In this document: piece after piece, positions 52,803-61,841 of the stretch
How the letters are laid out: each line of letters opens with the position of its first letter
Numbering within the stretch: the first letter of the stretch is position 1
Source: an uncultured Candidatus Rokubacteria bacterium
GTDB lineage: Bacteria > Methylomirabilota > Methylomirabilia > Rokubacteriales > DASRDR01
Direction of reading: 5' to 3'
Assembly: GCA_963826115.1 (NCBI GenBank)
Contig: CAWGVS010000011.1
Location: forward strand, 64,001 to 128,000
Length of the DNA: 64,000 bases
Position numbers and translations under genes: made by a program
Notes under the pieces: model-generated
What the model was told of the DNA's origin: nothing
The model's database searches: none
What the model saw: the letters and a program-made list of their open reading frames with translations, nothing else

Positions 52803-55157
52803 ATGAGCGGGCTGCCCATCGTTCCTCTCGTCGCGCTGGGGCTTCTCTTCTTCGCGACGCCGATCATCGTTCTGGTCCTCGTCCTGGTCCTGCTGAGCCT
52901 GCGGGCCCGGGTGCGCCGGCTCGAGGCCCGCCTCGTCGCGCTGGAGCGGCGGCCGGCAGGGAGGGCGGGGGAGACCGTTCCGGCCGCGACCCCGCCGGTC
53001 GAGCCCGAATCCGCCGCGCCTGAACCGCCGCCGGTAGAGCCGCTCGCGCCCGTCCTGGCGGCCGAGCCCGAGGCGCCCGTGGCCATCCACGCGGCCCCGA
53101 CGGAGGTGTCCGCCGCCGCGGACGGCGTCCTGCCAGAGCCCGCGGAGGTCGCGCCGCCCCCGACGGCCCCGGAGTCCGTCCCGAGCCCTGGCGTCGGTCA
53201 GTGGGAAGGCCGCCTCGGCGGGACCTGGCTCTCCCGCGTCGGGGCGATCCTGCTTCTCCTCGGCGTCGGCTTCTTTCTCAAGCACGCCTTCGAGCAGGAC
53301 TGGATCGGACCGCGGGGCCGCGTCCTGACCGGGCTCGTGGCGGGCATCGCGATGCTGGTCACCGGCACTCGACTGGCCCGCGGCGGGACCTACCGGCTCC
53401 CGGCCCAGAGCCTGGTCGCGGCGGGCATCGGCGTGATCTACCTCTCCCTCTACGCGGCCCAGGCGTTCTACGGGCTCGTGGGCGCCCCCGCGGCGTTCGT
53501 GGCGATGGCGATCGCGACGGCCGTGAGCTTCGTGACGGCGCTCCGGCTGGACGCGCGCGCCATCGCCGTTCTCGCGACGCTGGGTGGACTCCTGACGCCG
53601 ATCATCCTCGACACCGACACGGACGCCGGCGGGGCGCTCTTCACGTACCTGGCCATTCTCGGTCTCGGCGTGCTCCTGGTCGCGTCGCGGCGGGGGTGGC
53701 CGGGCCTCGCGCTCCTCTCGCTCGCGGGGACGCAGGTCATCTACGGGGGCTGGCTCGATCGCTGGTATCAGGCGAGCCGGCTCCCGACCGCGCTCGGGTG
53801 GGCGACGGCGTTCTTCGTCGGCTTCGCCGCCTGGGCCCTCCTCAGCTCGAGGCGCGAGGCGCCCGCCGGTTCGCTCGGGCTCGCGCGCGCGCTGGTCATC
53901 CTCGCCGCGCCGGCGCTGTACTTCGCGGCGGCCCGACGCATTCTCGAGTCCCCCTCCGGACGCCGGCTGGCGATCCTGGCCCTCGTGCTCGCAGGCGCCT
54001 ACTTCGTGGCCGCCCGGATGGCGGCCCGGAGCGCCTGGGGCGGCCCGCGCGTGGCCCTTCTCCACCGCGCGATCGCCCTCGCCTTCCTGGCGCTGGCGCC
54101 GGCGGTGACCTTCGGCCGGCACGACCTGGTCGTCGCGTGGTGCGTGGAGGGGGCGGTGCTCCTCCTCGGCGGCTTCGCCCTGGACGCGCCCCGCGTGCGC
54201 GCGGCGGGACTCGCAATCAGCGCGCTGGCGTGGGGGAGCTGGTACGTCGCGCTCGGCGCCGATGCTGGCCGGGCCGGGACGTTCCTGCTCGCGCACCCGG
54301 CGCTCCCCGCCACCGTGGCCGTCGTGGTGACGGCGCTCGCCGGCGCGCTCGCCTACCGGGCCCGGGTGCGGCGCGGCGCGCCACTCGAGCGCTGGGAGGG
54401 CGTCGCGCGCCCGGTCCTCCTGCTGGTCGCCATCGGCAGCGCGGCACTCCTCCTGACCGTGGAGCTCGGCCAGTTCCGCACGCTCGCCATCCCGCCGCCG
54501 TACGTCCCGATGGTGAAGTCCGTCGTGTGGATGCTGGCCGCCATGGCGCTCCTGGCCCTGGCGCGCGGCGACGGCACGCGCATCCTCCTCGGCGTCGCGA
54601 CGGTGCTCCTCCTGGCGCTGGTCGGCGAGGCGCTGGGCGGCACGGACCGCTGGGCGCGCATCCAGCCGTCGCTCCGCCCCGCGATCTCGAACCCCCGGTT
54701 CCTGGCGGGATGCCTCCTGGTGGTGCTCGTCTGGCTCTACGGGCAGGTCACCGCATCCCTGCCGTACCTCGGCGAGCGCGCCCGCCGCCGCCTCGGGATC
54801 ATCGGCGGGCTCGGCGCGGCCGTCCTGCTCCTATGGAACCTGAGCGTCGAGGTCGCGCTCATGCCGCTGCCGGAGACGCGATTCGATCCCGCGAAGCTCC
54901 GGAGCGCGGCGCTCTCCGTCCTGTGGGCGCTCTACGCGTTCACCGCGATGGCGTGGGGGTTGTGGCGGAACCAGTCGTGGCTCCGGGTGGGCGCGATCCT
55001 GCTCTTCAGCGTCACCGTGCTGAAGGTGCTCGTCGTCGATCTGTCGGGCCTCGACGCGCTCTACCGCATCCTGTCGGTCCTGGTCCTCGGGTCCGCGCTC
55101 CTGATCGCGTCCTTCCTCTACGCGCGCTCCCGGCAACGCCCCGGCGACGCGAGCTGA
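52803..55157 (+). CDS. DUF2339-type polytopic membrane protein
   Basis: WEGRLGGTWLSRVG, GVGFFLK..WIGP, KVLVVDLS..RILS. Confidence 0.85.
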   Translation: MSGLPIVPLVALGLLFFATPIIVLVLVLVLLSLRARVRRLEARLVALERRPAGRAGETVPAATPPVEPESAAPEPPPVEPLAPVLAAEPEAPVAIHAAPTEVSAAADGVLPEPAEVAPPPTAPESVPSPGVGQWEGRLGGTWLSRVGAILLLLGVGFFLKHAFEQDWIGPRGRVLTGLVAGIAMLVTGTRLARGGTYRLPAQSLVAAGIGVIYLSLYAAQAFYGLVGAPAAFVAMAIATAVSFVTALRLDARAIAVLATLGGLLTPIILDTDTDAGGALFTYLAILGLGVLLVASRRGWPGLALLSLAGTQVIYGGWLDRWYQASRLPTALGWATAFFVGFAAWALLSSRREAPAGSLGLARALVILAAPALYFAAARRILESPSGRRLAILALVLAGAYFVAARMAARSAWGGPRVALLHRAIALAFLALAPAVTFGRHDLVVAWCVEGAVLLLGGFALDAPRVRAAGLAISALAWGSWYVALGADAGRAGTFLLAHPALPATVAVVVTALAGALAYRARVRRGAPLERWEGVARPVLLLVAIGSAALLLTVELGQFRTLAIPPPYVPMVKSVVWMLAAMALLALARGDGTRILLGVATVLLLALVGEALGGTDRWARIQPSLRPAISNPRFLAGCLLVVLVWLYGQVTASLPYLGERARRRLGIIGGLGAAVLLLWNLSVEVALMPLPETRFDPAKLRSAALSVLWALYAFTAMAWGLWRNQSWLRVGAILLFSVTVLKVLVVDLSGLDALYRILSVLVLGSALLIASFLYARSRQRPGDAS

Positions 55158-55186
55158 TCCCCCGCCGCGCCGCCCGGCGGCGTCGG

Positions 55187-56731
55187 TCAGCCGGCGGCCA
55201 CGTCCTTCAGGATCGCGCGCGCGGCGTTGTGCCCGGGCGCTCCGGTGACCTCGCCGCCTGGATGGGTGCCCGCGCCGCACAGGTAGAGCCCGGCGACCGG
55301 CGTCCGGTATTGCGCCCAGCCGGGCAGGGGACGCCGGCCGAGGAGCTGCGCGGGCACGAGGTCGAGGTGGCGGATGTTGCCATCCGTCATTCCGACGCGC
55401 GCCTCGATGTCCGGCGGGGTGAGGAGCATCCAGTCCACGATCGCCCGGCGGAAGTTCGGCGCGTAGGTCGTGAGGAGGTCGATCATCCGCTCGCCCATTT
55501 CTTGACGGCGGGTCTCCCACGTGCCCTCCGCCGGCTTCACGGGAGCCCAGAGCGCCCAGATCGAGACCACGTGGTGCCCGGGCGGCGCCATCGAGTCGTC
55601 GTAGACCGACGGGATCTGCACCTCCATCAGGGGCGCGCGCGGAAGCCGGCCCGCCTGGGCGTCCTGCCACGCCGCGACGAAGGCCTCGGCGGACGGGCAG
55701 ATCTTCACCTGCGCCAGGTAGCGCGGATCGAAGCCGGGCCCGAGATACGCCGAGAAGTCCGGGAGCTCCCGGAGCGCCGCGTGGAACTTGAAATAGGCCG
55801 CCCGGGTGGAGAGAGCGGCGATCTGCTCCCGGAATTCGGCGGCCAGGGCGTCGGGCGGAACCAGCCGGAGAAATGTGCGCTTCGGGTCCGCGTTGGAGAC
55901 CACGACGTCGGCCCCGATGCGGCTGCCGTCGGCGAGCACGACGCCCGCGGCGCGCCCGTTCCGCACGTCGACCCGCGCCACCTCGACGCCGGTGCGGATC
56001 GTGACCCCTGCCTCGCCCGCCGCGCGCGCCATGGCCTGGGTGATGGCGCCCATCCCGCCCTTGACGATCCCCACCGTGTCGGGCGCCGAGCGGAGGTTCA
56101 CGCGGATGTACGCGTAGATCAGGGCGCTGCCGGGCGCGCGCGGGTCGCCGAGGTCCTGCGCATTGACCGCGTGGGCCCGCATCAGGTCGGACTCGAAGAA
56201 CTCGTGCGCGAGGTCCCACATCGGCCGGGTGAGGAGCGTCTCCAGGACTTCCTCGTCGGGCGTGCCGCGGACCCGCGCCGCCAGCTCCGCGTAGGTGGGC
56301 GCCGGGGCGAGGAAGTAGGGGTGGAGGAGGGCGGCCGCGCGCTCCCACAGCGCGATCCACCGCGGGTAGGCCGCCGCGTCCCGCTTCGAGTAGCGCTCGA
56401 TCTCCGCCGCCGTGCGCGCCACGTCCTCCCACACGACCAGGTGGCGGCCGTCCGGAAAGGGATGGAAGCGGGCCGGCTCGAGGGAGAAGACCTTGAAGCC
56501 GTGCCGGGGGAGGTCGAGGTCCCGGATCACGCGCTCCTGGAGGAGGTGACAGATGTAGGAGCAGGACGAGAGCCGGTAGCCGGGGAACAGCTCCTCGGTC
56601 ACGCATGCGCCGCCGACCATGGGGCGCCGCTCCAGCACCAGGACCTTCAGGCCGCCGCGAGCCAGGTACGTGGAGGCGACCAGCCCGTTGTGACCGCCGC
56701 CGACGATGATCGCGTCGAATCGCTCCGCCAT
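55187..56731 (-). CDS. Phytoene dehydrogenase-like FAD-dependent oxidoreductase
   Basis: VGGGHNGL, GGACVTEE, GLYLCGAGTHPGG. Confidence 0.9.
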   Translation of the reverse strand: MAERFDAIIVGGGHNGLVASTYLARGGLKVLVLERRPMVGGACVTEELFPGYRLSSCSYICHLLQERVIRDLDLPRHGFKVFSLEPARFHPFPDGRHLVVWEDVARTAAEIERYSKRDAAAYPRWIALWERAAALLHPYFLAPAPTYAELAARVRGTPDEEVLETLLTRPMWDLAHEFFESDLMRAHAVNAQDLGDPRAPGSALIYAYIRVNLRSAPDTVGIVKGGMGAITQAMARAAGEAGVTIRTGVEVARVDVRNGRAAGVVLADGSRIGADVVVSNADPKRTFLRLVPPDALAAEFREQIAALSTRAAYFKFHAALRELPDFSAYLGPGFDPRYLAQVKICPSAEAFVAAWQDAQAGRLPRAPLMEVQIPSVYDDSMAPPGHHVVSIWALWAPVKPAEGTWETRRQEMGERMIDLLTTYAPNFRRAIVDWMLLTPPDIEARVGMTDGNIRHLDLVPAQLLGRRPLPGWAQYRTPVAGLYLCGAGTHPGGEVTGAPGHNAARAILKDVAAG

Positions 56732-56878
56732 GGGTTCTCCTCCGTGTGTGAAAAGCATCGTCGCCGACGCGTCTCCGCCCTGTCAACCGCGACCGTCTTG
56801 ACGCGCGTCCCGTCGCCGGTGATAGCTAGAAGCCGCGACGATGTCGCCGCCGGCGGCGGCGACCGGGGAGGCAGCGGG

Positions 56879-57073
56879 ATGCGTGAGCCAGCGATCGAGA
56901 CGATGCGGGAGCACCTCACCACCGAGATCGCGCGCCGGTTCGGCGCCGAGCGCGCGACGGCCCTCGCCCGGGACGCGGTCGCGCTGGCGGCGGACCTCGC
57001 GCGCGTCGCGGCGGCCGAGGTGCCGGAGGACGCCGAGCCGGCGTTCTTCCTCCGCGAGAGCGACCCAGGGTGA
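56879..57073 (+). CDS. Small amidase-partner protein (AtzG/GatC-like)
   Basis: 64 aa, GGGGAGG RBS, helical, C-terminal EPAFF; GTGA overlap with the amidase. Confidence 0.6.
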   Translation: MREPAIETMREHLTTEIARRFGAERATALARDAVALAADLARVAAAEVPEDAEPAFFLRESDPG

Positions 57074-58422
57074 CGGCGCCCTTCGAGCTGTCGGCGGCCG
57101 ACGCGGCGGCCGCGATCCGCGCGGGCCGGCTCTCGGCCGGCGACCTGGTCTCCGCCTGCCTGGCCCGCATCGACGCCTGCGAGGCGCGGATCCGGGCCTG
57201 GGCAATGGTGGACCGGATAGGGGCGCTCGAGGCCGCCCGCCGTCTGGACGACGAGGCCCGCGCGGGCCGGTTCCGGGGGCCGCTCCACGGCGTGCCGGTG
57301 GGCCTCAAGGACATCATCCACGCGCGCGGACTCACGACGACCGCCGGCGCCCGCGGCTTCGCCGACACGGTGCCCGCGGAGGACGCCGCGTGCGTGGCCC
57401 GTCTGCGGGCGGCGGGCGCCGTGATCCTGGGGAAGGCGGAGACCACGGAGTTTGCGTTCAGCGATCCTGCGGTCACGCGGAATCCCTGGCATCCGGACCG
57501 GACGCCGGGCGGCTCGTCCGCGGGCTCGGCGGCGGCGGTGGCGGCACGGATGGTCCCGGTGACGCTCGGCTCCCAGACCGTCGGCTCCGTGCTCCGACCC
57601 GCGGCCTTCTGCGGCGTCGTCGGCGTGAAGCCCACCTACGGGCGTGTGAGCCGGCGCGGCGTCGTGCCGCTCGCCTGGTCGCTCGATCACGTGGGGGTCT
57701 TCGCGCGCTCGGTGGCGGACGCCGCACTCGTGGTCGGGGTCCTCTCCGGACACGATCCGGCGGACCCGTCCTCGGCCAACGTGCCGGCCCCCGACGTGAC
57801 GGCGGTGCTCGCGGGGCCGCCCGCAAGCCCCCCGCGGCTCGGGCTCATCGGCGAGCCCTACCTCGACCGCGCGACGGACGAGGTCCGGGCGCACCTCGCC
57901 GAGGTCGCGCGCCTCCTCGAGGGGCAGGGCGCGCTCGTCGAGCCGGTGCGCCTGCCGCCCCTGATGGCCGCGATCCAGTCGGCCGTGATCACGGTGTCGC
58001 GGGCGGAGATCGGCGCTGTGCACGCGGATTCCCACCGGCGGCACGCGGACGAGTACCGGCCGCGCATCCGCGCCGGGATCGAGCTCGGGCAGTGCATCCC
58101 GGCCGACCTCTACCTGCGCGCCCAGCGGATCCGGCGGCGGGCGCGCCAGGACATGGCGCCCCTCCTGAGCCGGTACGACGCCCTCGTCATGCCGTCGGCG
58201 CCCGGGCCGGCGCCGGACCGGACGACCACGGGTGACGCCTCGTTCAACGGCCCCTGGACCGGGCTCGGGGTGCCGTCCGCGTCGGTGCCGACCGGCCTCG
58301 GTCGCGAGAGGCTCCCGCTCGGCACTCAGCTCATCGGGGCGCCGTTCGCCGAGGTCCGGCTCCTCGCCGTGGCGCGCTGGGTCGAGGCCGCGGTCGGGTT
58401 CGCGGCCACCCCACCGTCCTGA
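57070..58422 (+). CDS. Amidase signature family protein
   Basis: GLKD, PGGSSAGSAA, GSQTVGSVLRPA. Confidence 0.93.
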   Translation: MTAPFELSAADAAAAIRAGRLSAGDLVSACLARIDACEARIRAWAMVDRIGALEAARRLDDEARAGRFRGPLHGVPVGLKDIIHARGLTTTAGARGFADTVPAEDAACVARLRAAGAVILGKAETTEFAFSDPAVTRNPWHPDRTPGGSSAGSAAAVAARMVPVTLGSQTVGSVLRPAAFCGVVGVKPTYGRVSRRGVVPLAWSLDHVGVFARSVADAALVVGVLSGHDPADPSSANVPAPDVTAVLAGPPASPPRLGLIGEPYLDRATDEVRAHLAEVARLLEGQGALVEPVRLPPLMAAIQSAVITVSRAEIGAVHADSHRRHADEYRPRIRAGIELGQCIPADLYLRAQRIRRRARQDMAPLLSRYDALVMPSAPGPAPDRTTTGDASFNGPWTGLGVPSASVPTGLGRERLPLGTQLIGAPFAEVRLLAVARWVEAAVGFAATPPS

Positions 58423-58626
58423 GCCCTCCCCGGTGACCCCCGGCCCGGGCTTGCGCCGGCCTCGGCCGGGCTCCCCTCCGTGCTAGACTGCCCTTGACGT
58501 GTCGCGCCATTCGGGCGTGGCCCTCGCCTCGGATAGAGCACTCTTCCGCATGTCAGGGGCGCAGAGGAAGTGCGGAAGAGTGAAAGCTCCGGGCATCGGG
58601 TCCGGGGCTCCGAAGGAGGCGCCTCC

Positions 58627-58998
58627 GTGGCGACCAAGCTCTTCGTCGGCGGCCTGTCCTATTCCACCACGTCCGAGAGTCTCCGGGAGTACTTCGCCCA
58701 GTGCGGCACGGTCGAGTCCGCCACGGTGATCACCGACCGGGCGACTGGCCAGTCCCGGGGCTTCGGGTTCGTCGAGATGGCGACCGAGGCGGAGGGTCAG
58801 GCAGCGATTTCGAAGCTGAACGACAAGCCCTTCGAGGGGCGGCGCCTCACGGTGAACGTCGCGAACCCGCAGGGTGCCGGTGGTGGCGGTCGCGCTGGTG
58901 GCGGACGGCCGGGCGGCGGATCGCGGCCGGGCGGTGGGTTCGGTGGCGGTGGTGGCGGTGGCTACGGCGGCGGCCCGCGCCGCACGCCCCGCTGGTAA
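58627..58998 (+). CDS. RRM RNA-binding protein with Gly/Arg-rich tail
   Basis: LFVGGL (RNP2), RGFGFVEM (RNP1); AAGGAGG RBS. Confidence 0.93.
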   Translation: MATKLFVGGLSYSTTSESLREYFAQCGTVESATVITDRATGQSRGFGFVEMATEAEGQAAISKLNDKPFEGRRLTVNVANPQGAGGGGRAGGGRPGGGSRPGGGFGGGGGGGYGGGPRRTPRW

Positions 58999-59062
58999 CG
59001 TAGCTCTCGCTCGGAAGGAACCGCGTCCGGGGCCCTCGTGCCCCGGGCATGCGACGACGATC

Positions 59063-59103
59063 ACGGCGGCGCAGGGTGTCTGCCCTGCGCCGCCGTTCTC
59101 ATT
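59063..59103 (+). terminator. Probable intrinsic terminator between convergent genes
   Basis: 14-bp perfect stem ACGGCGGCGCAGGG/CCCTGCGCCGCCGT followed by TCTCATT. Confidence 0.7.
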
Positions 59104-59127
59104 CGGCGCGCCGGTGCGCGCGCTCCG

Positions 59128-60735
59128 TCAGGGCTTCGACAGGAACGCCTTCGCCTGCGCGACCTCCGGCCGTTCCGTGTCCGCCTTGGCGGTGAGCGTC
59201 ACCAGCTGGGTGTACTGGAGCTTCGCCTTGGCGAGATCGCCCGAGAGCTCGGCGGCCCGCGCCAGACCGCAGTAGCCGCGGAGGCGGTTCGGCTCCCGGA
59301 GCTGCGACGCCTCGAACTCGCGGACCGCCTCGGCCGGGCGGCCGAGGTCGAGGAGCAGCTCCCCGAGGAGCTCCCGAGCCGGCACGATCGGCCCGGGCGT
59401 CACCGGATGCTTCTCGGTGGCGTCCTCGCGGTCCGCCGCCGCCCGGGTGAGCTGCACCGCGTCGTCGTTCCGGCCCTCGGCCCGGGCGATCCAGCCCGCC
59501 ACCAGGAGCCGCTGGATGTCCACCTGGTCGGCCCAGTACCCGCTCTTGGCCGCGAGCAGGCCGTCCCGGAGCGCGGCGAGCCGCGCCTGGTCGTTCCGGG
59601 CGACGGCGAGGTTTCCGCTCTTCGCCGCCGAGAGTCCGCGGCCGAAGACGAGGATCGCCTCGGCCTGCGGGAAACGCGCCCACGGGAAGTCGCCGGGCCG
59701 CAGCCCGAGCGTCGCCCCGTCGGGCCACTGACCGCGTTCGAGCGCATAGCGTGCGGGCATGGCGGCCAGGGCGAATGCCGTCGCGAAGTTCGTGACGTTC
59801 GGCTTCTCCACGGCGAGCAGCCGGTCGAGGACCCCGCGGGCCGCCCGGTCCTGCCCGAGCTGCAGGTGGGCGTAGGCCAGGTAGTCCCAGGCATGGAAGC
59901 TGTCGAAGTCGTTGTCGCTTGCGGCCGCGGAGGCGCGGTTCGAGGCGATGGAATCCTCCCAGTAGCCGCGGCGCGTGAAGATGTGGGACGGCATGTGCTG
60001 GGCGTGGGGCGCGGTCGGGGCGATGGTCGCGTAGCGCCGGGCGGCGGCGAGCCCCTTCTCCGCGATGGCCGGGTAGTCGTAGCTGTGGATCAGGTAATGT
60101 GCGGCGCCCGGGTGGTCGGGCTGCTCGCGGAACACCGCCTCCAGGATCGACGCTGCCTTCAGCTGCTGGGCGTACGTCTTGTCGGTGGCGACCGCGGTGG
60201 CGTTCAGCGCGAGCGCGTAGAAGATGGCCGCCTCGCGATCGTCGGGATACCGGGCCGCCAGCTGCTCCATCGCCTTCTCGTAGGCGACGGCGCGCGTCCG
60301 GTGCTCGACCTTGTCGTGGTCCTTGTAGAAGACCTCGATCGCGGCGATGTAGTCGACCTCCCGCGGGCTCTTCGCGCCGGCGGCGCGCGCCCGGGCGACG
60401 GCGGCCGACCCGTCGGCCAGCATCTTCGGGGAGGGCGGCCAGCCGAACGGGTTTTCGAGGGCGGCCATCGCGACGCCCCAATGCGCGATCCCGCAGGCGG
60501 GATCCTTCTGCGCGACCTCGTTGAAGGCCTTGATCGTGGCGCCCCACCAGAAGGAGTGGAGCAGGGCCACCGCGCGGGTCAGGTCCGCCTGGACCGCGGC
60601 GTCGCACGTGTTCGCGAAGTTGACCTGGCCGAGCTTCTCGTGGCCGGCGTGCTGGGCCAGGCTGGGTGTGGCGGCGACGAGTCCTATCAGGAGGACGGCG
60701 GCCGGTAGGCTTCGACGCATGGTGAGCACCTCCAT
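59128..60735 (-). CDS. Exported TPR-like helical repeat protein
   Basis: Signal peptide, LLHSFW, HPGAAHYLIHSYD, HAQHMPSHIF, PARELLGELLL. Confidence 0.78.
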   Translation of the reverse strand: MEVLTMRRSLPAAVLLIGLVAATPSLAQHAGHEKLGQVNFANTCDAAVQADLTRAVALLHSFWWGATIKAFNEVAQKDPACGIAHWGVAMAALENPFGWPPSPKMLADGSAAVARARAAGAKSPREVDYIAAIEVFYKDHDKVEHRTRAVAYEKAMEQLAARYPDDREAAIFYALALNATAVATDKTYAQQLKAASILEAVFREQPDHPGAAHYLIHSYDYPAIAEKGLAAARRYATIAPTAPHAQHMPSHIFTRRGYWEDSIASNRASAAASDNDFDSFHAWDYLAYAHLQLGQDRAARGVLDRLLAVEKPNVTNFATAFALAAMPARYALERGQWPDGATLGLRPGDFPWARFPQAEAILVFGRGLSAAKSGNLAVARNDQARLAALRDGLLAAKSGYWADQVDIQRLLVAGWIARAEGRNDDAVQLTRAAADREDATEKHPVTPGPIVPARELLGELLLDLGRPAEAVREFEASQLREPNRLRGYCGLARAAELSGDLAKAKLQYTQLVTLTAKADTERPEVAQAKAFLSKP

Positions 60736-60806
60736 GACCCGAGGCTAAGGTCGGAGCCGTCGGCGGGTCAATCGCCCCGCATGGCCCCTGGGCTGACGCC
60801 GCTGGT

Positions 60807-61841
60807 TCAGGGCGTGGGGCGGCGCGCCGGGAAGATCCGCAGCAGGCGGCCGGTGTCCTCCGCCACGACCACGGCGCCGTCGCCGAGGACGGCGAGGGCG
60901 GCGGGTCGGATCAGCCCCTCGACGAACCGCTCCACGGCCCCGTCCGCCCGGATCCGGAAGATCCTTCCTCCCAGGTAGTCGACCGCGTACGCGGTGTCGG
61001 CCTCGCCGGCCACGATGGGACCCGCCCCGCCCAGCTGGGCCAGCCGGACGGTGCTCCCGTCGGAGCGCAGCTGGTCGATCGAGCCGTTGCTCACGCTCGC
61101 GACCACGGCGCCCGACGTCAGGGCGGCCAGGCTGCTGTAGCGCGGCAGGACGATGCGCCGGCGGCGCAGCGCGGCCGGCGGGAACACCTTTCCCGCGTAC
61201 TCGAGGTTGCGCGGCAGCGGGATCGGCTCCTCGACGCGGAGCCAGTGGACCACCGGTCCCTGGTAGGGCTCGCCGCCTTCGAGCAGGTCCTTCAGGGGAT
61301 CCGCGGCGGCGTCCGCGACCGCCGCGCGTCCGGCGTAGTCGAGGATCAGGAGCCGACCTCCGCCGTCGAAGGCGAGGGCCCGCCCGTCGCCGAGCGCGTT
61401 GGCGCCCCTGGCGAAGACGGCGACCGCGCCGCCCGGGGTCACCCGGTAGACGTGACGACCTCGCGACTCGCTGACGTAGAGGTCGCCGGAGGCGGGGTGA
61501 CGGGCCAGGCTGCCGGCCTCGAACGGGACGGTCGACGAGGCGAAGGGGATGGGCAGGACGGGCAGCTGGGCCGCATCGACGGGCTCGGCGCCTCCGAGAG
61601 GCACGCGGACGAGCGCGCCGGCGCCGCGATCCTGGCCCGGCGACGTGCGGGTCAAGACCCAGAGCGCGTCCGGCGCTTCGACGGCCAGATCCTGTGGCAG
61701 GCGGAGGCCGCGCGCGACGACCTCGGACTGGTAGCCGTCCGGGAGCGTCAGCTGGCGCGCGCCCCTGAGCGACGACCCGCTCCAGTCCTGCGCGGCGGCC
61801 GCGCCGGCCAGGAGAAGAAGCAGGAGCGCCGGGCGCGTCAG
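60807..61841 (-). CDS. Exported beta-propeller protein (SMP-30/NHL-like); possible CTG start
   Basis: LLLLLLAGAAAA-Q signal, GLRLPQDLAV, GDLYVSE, GLIRPAALAV repeats; CTGA overlap with the upstream stop. Confidence 0.65.
   Translation of the reverse strand: MTRPALLLLLLAGAAAAQDWSGSSLRGARQLTLPDGYQSEVVARGLRLPQDLAVEAPDALWVLTRTSPGQDRGAGALVRVPLGGAEPVDAAQLPVLPIPFASSTVPFEAGSLARHPASGDLYVSESRGRHVYRVTPGGAVAVFARGANALGDGRALAFDGGGRLLILDYAGRAAVADAAADPLKDLLEGGEPYQGPVVHWLRVEEPIPLPRNLEYAGKVFPPAALRRRRIVLPRYSSLAALTSGAVVASVSNGSIDQLRSDGSTVRLAQLGGAGPIVAGEADTAYAVDYLGGRIFRIRADGAVERFVEGLIRPAALAVLGDGAVVVAEDTGRLLRIFPARRPTP

Noticed and set aside
58870-58975. GGT/GGC low-complexity tract as a separate repeat element
   Set aside because: Encodes the normal Gly-rich tail of the RRM protein
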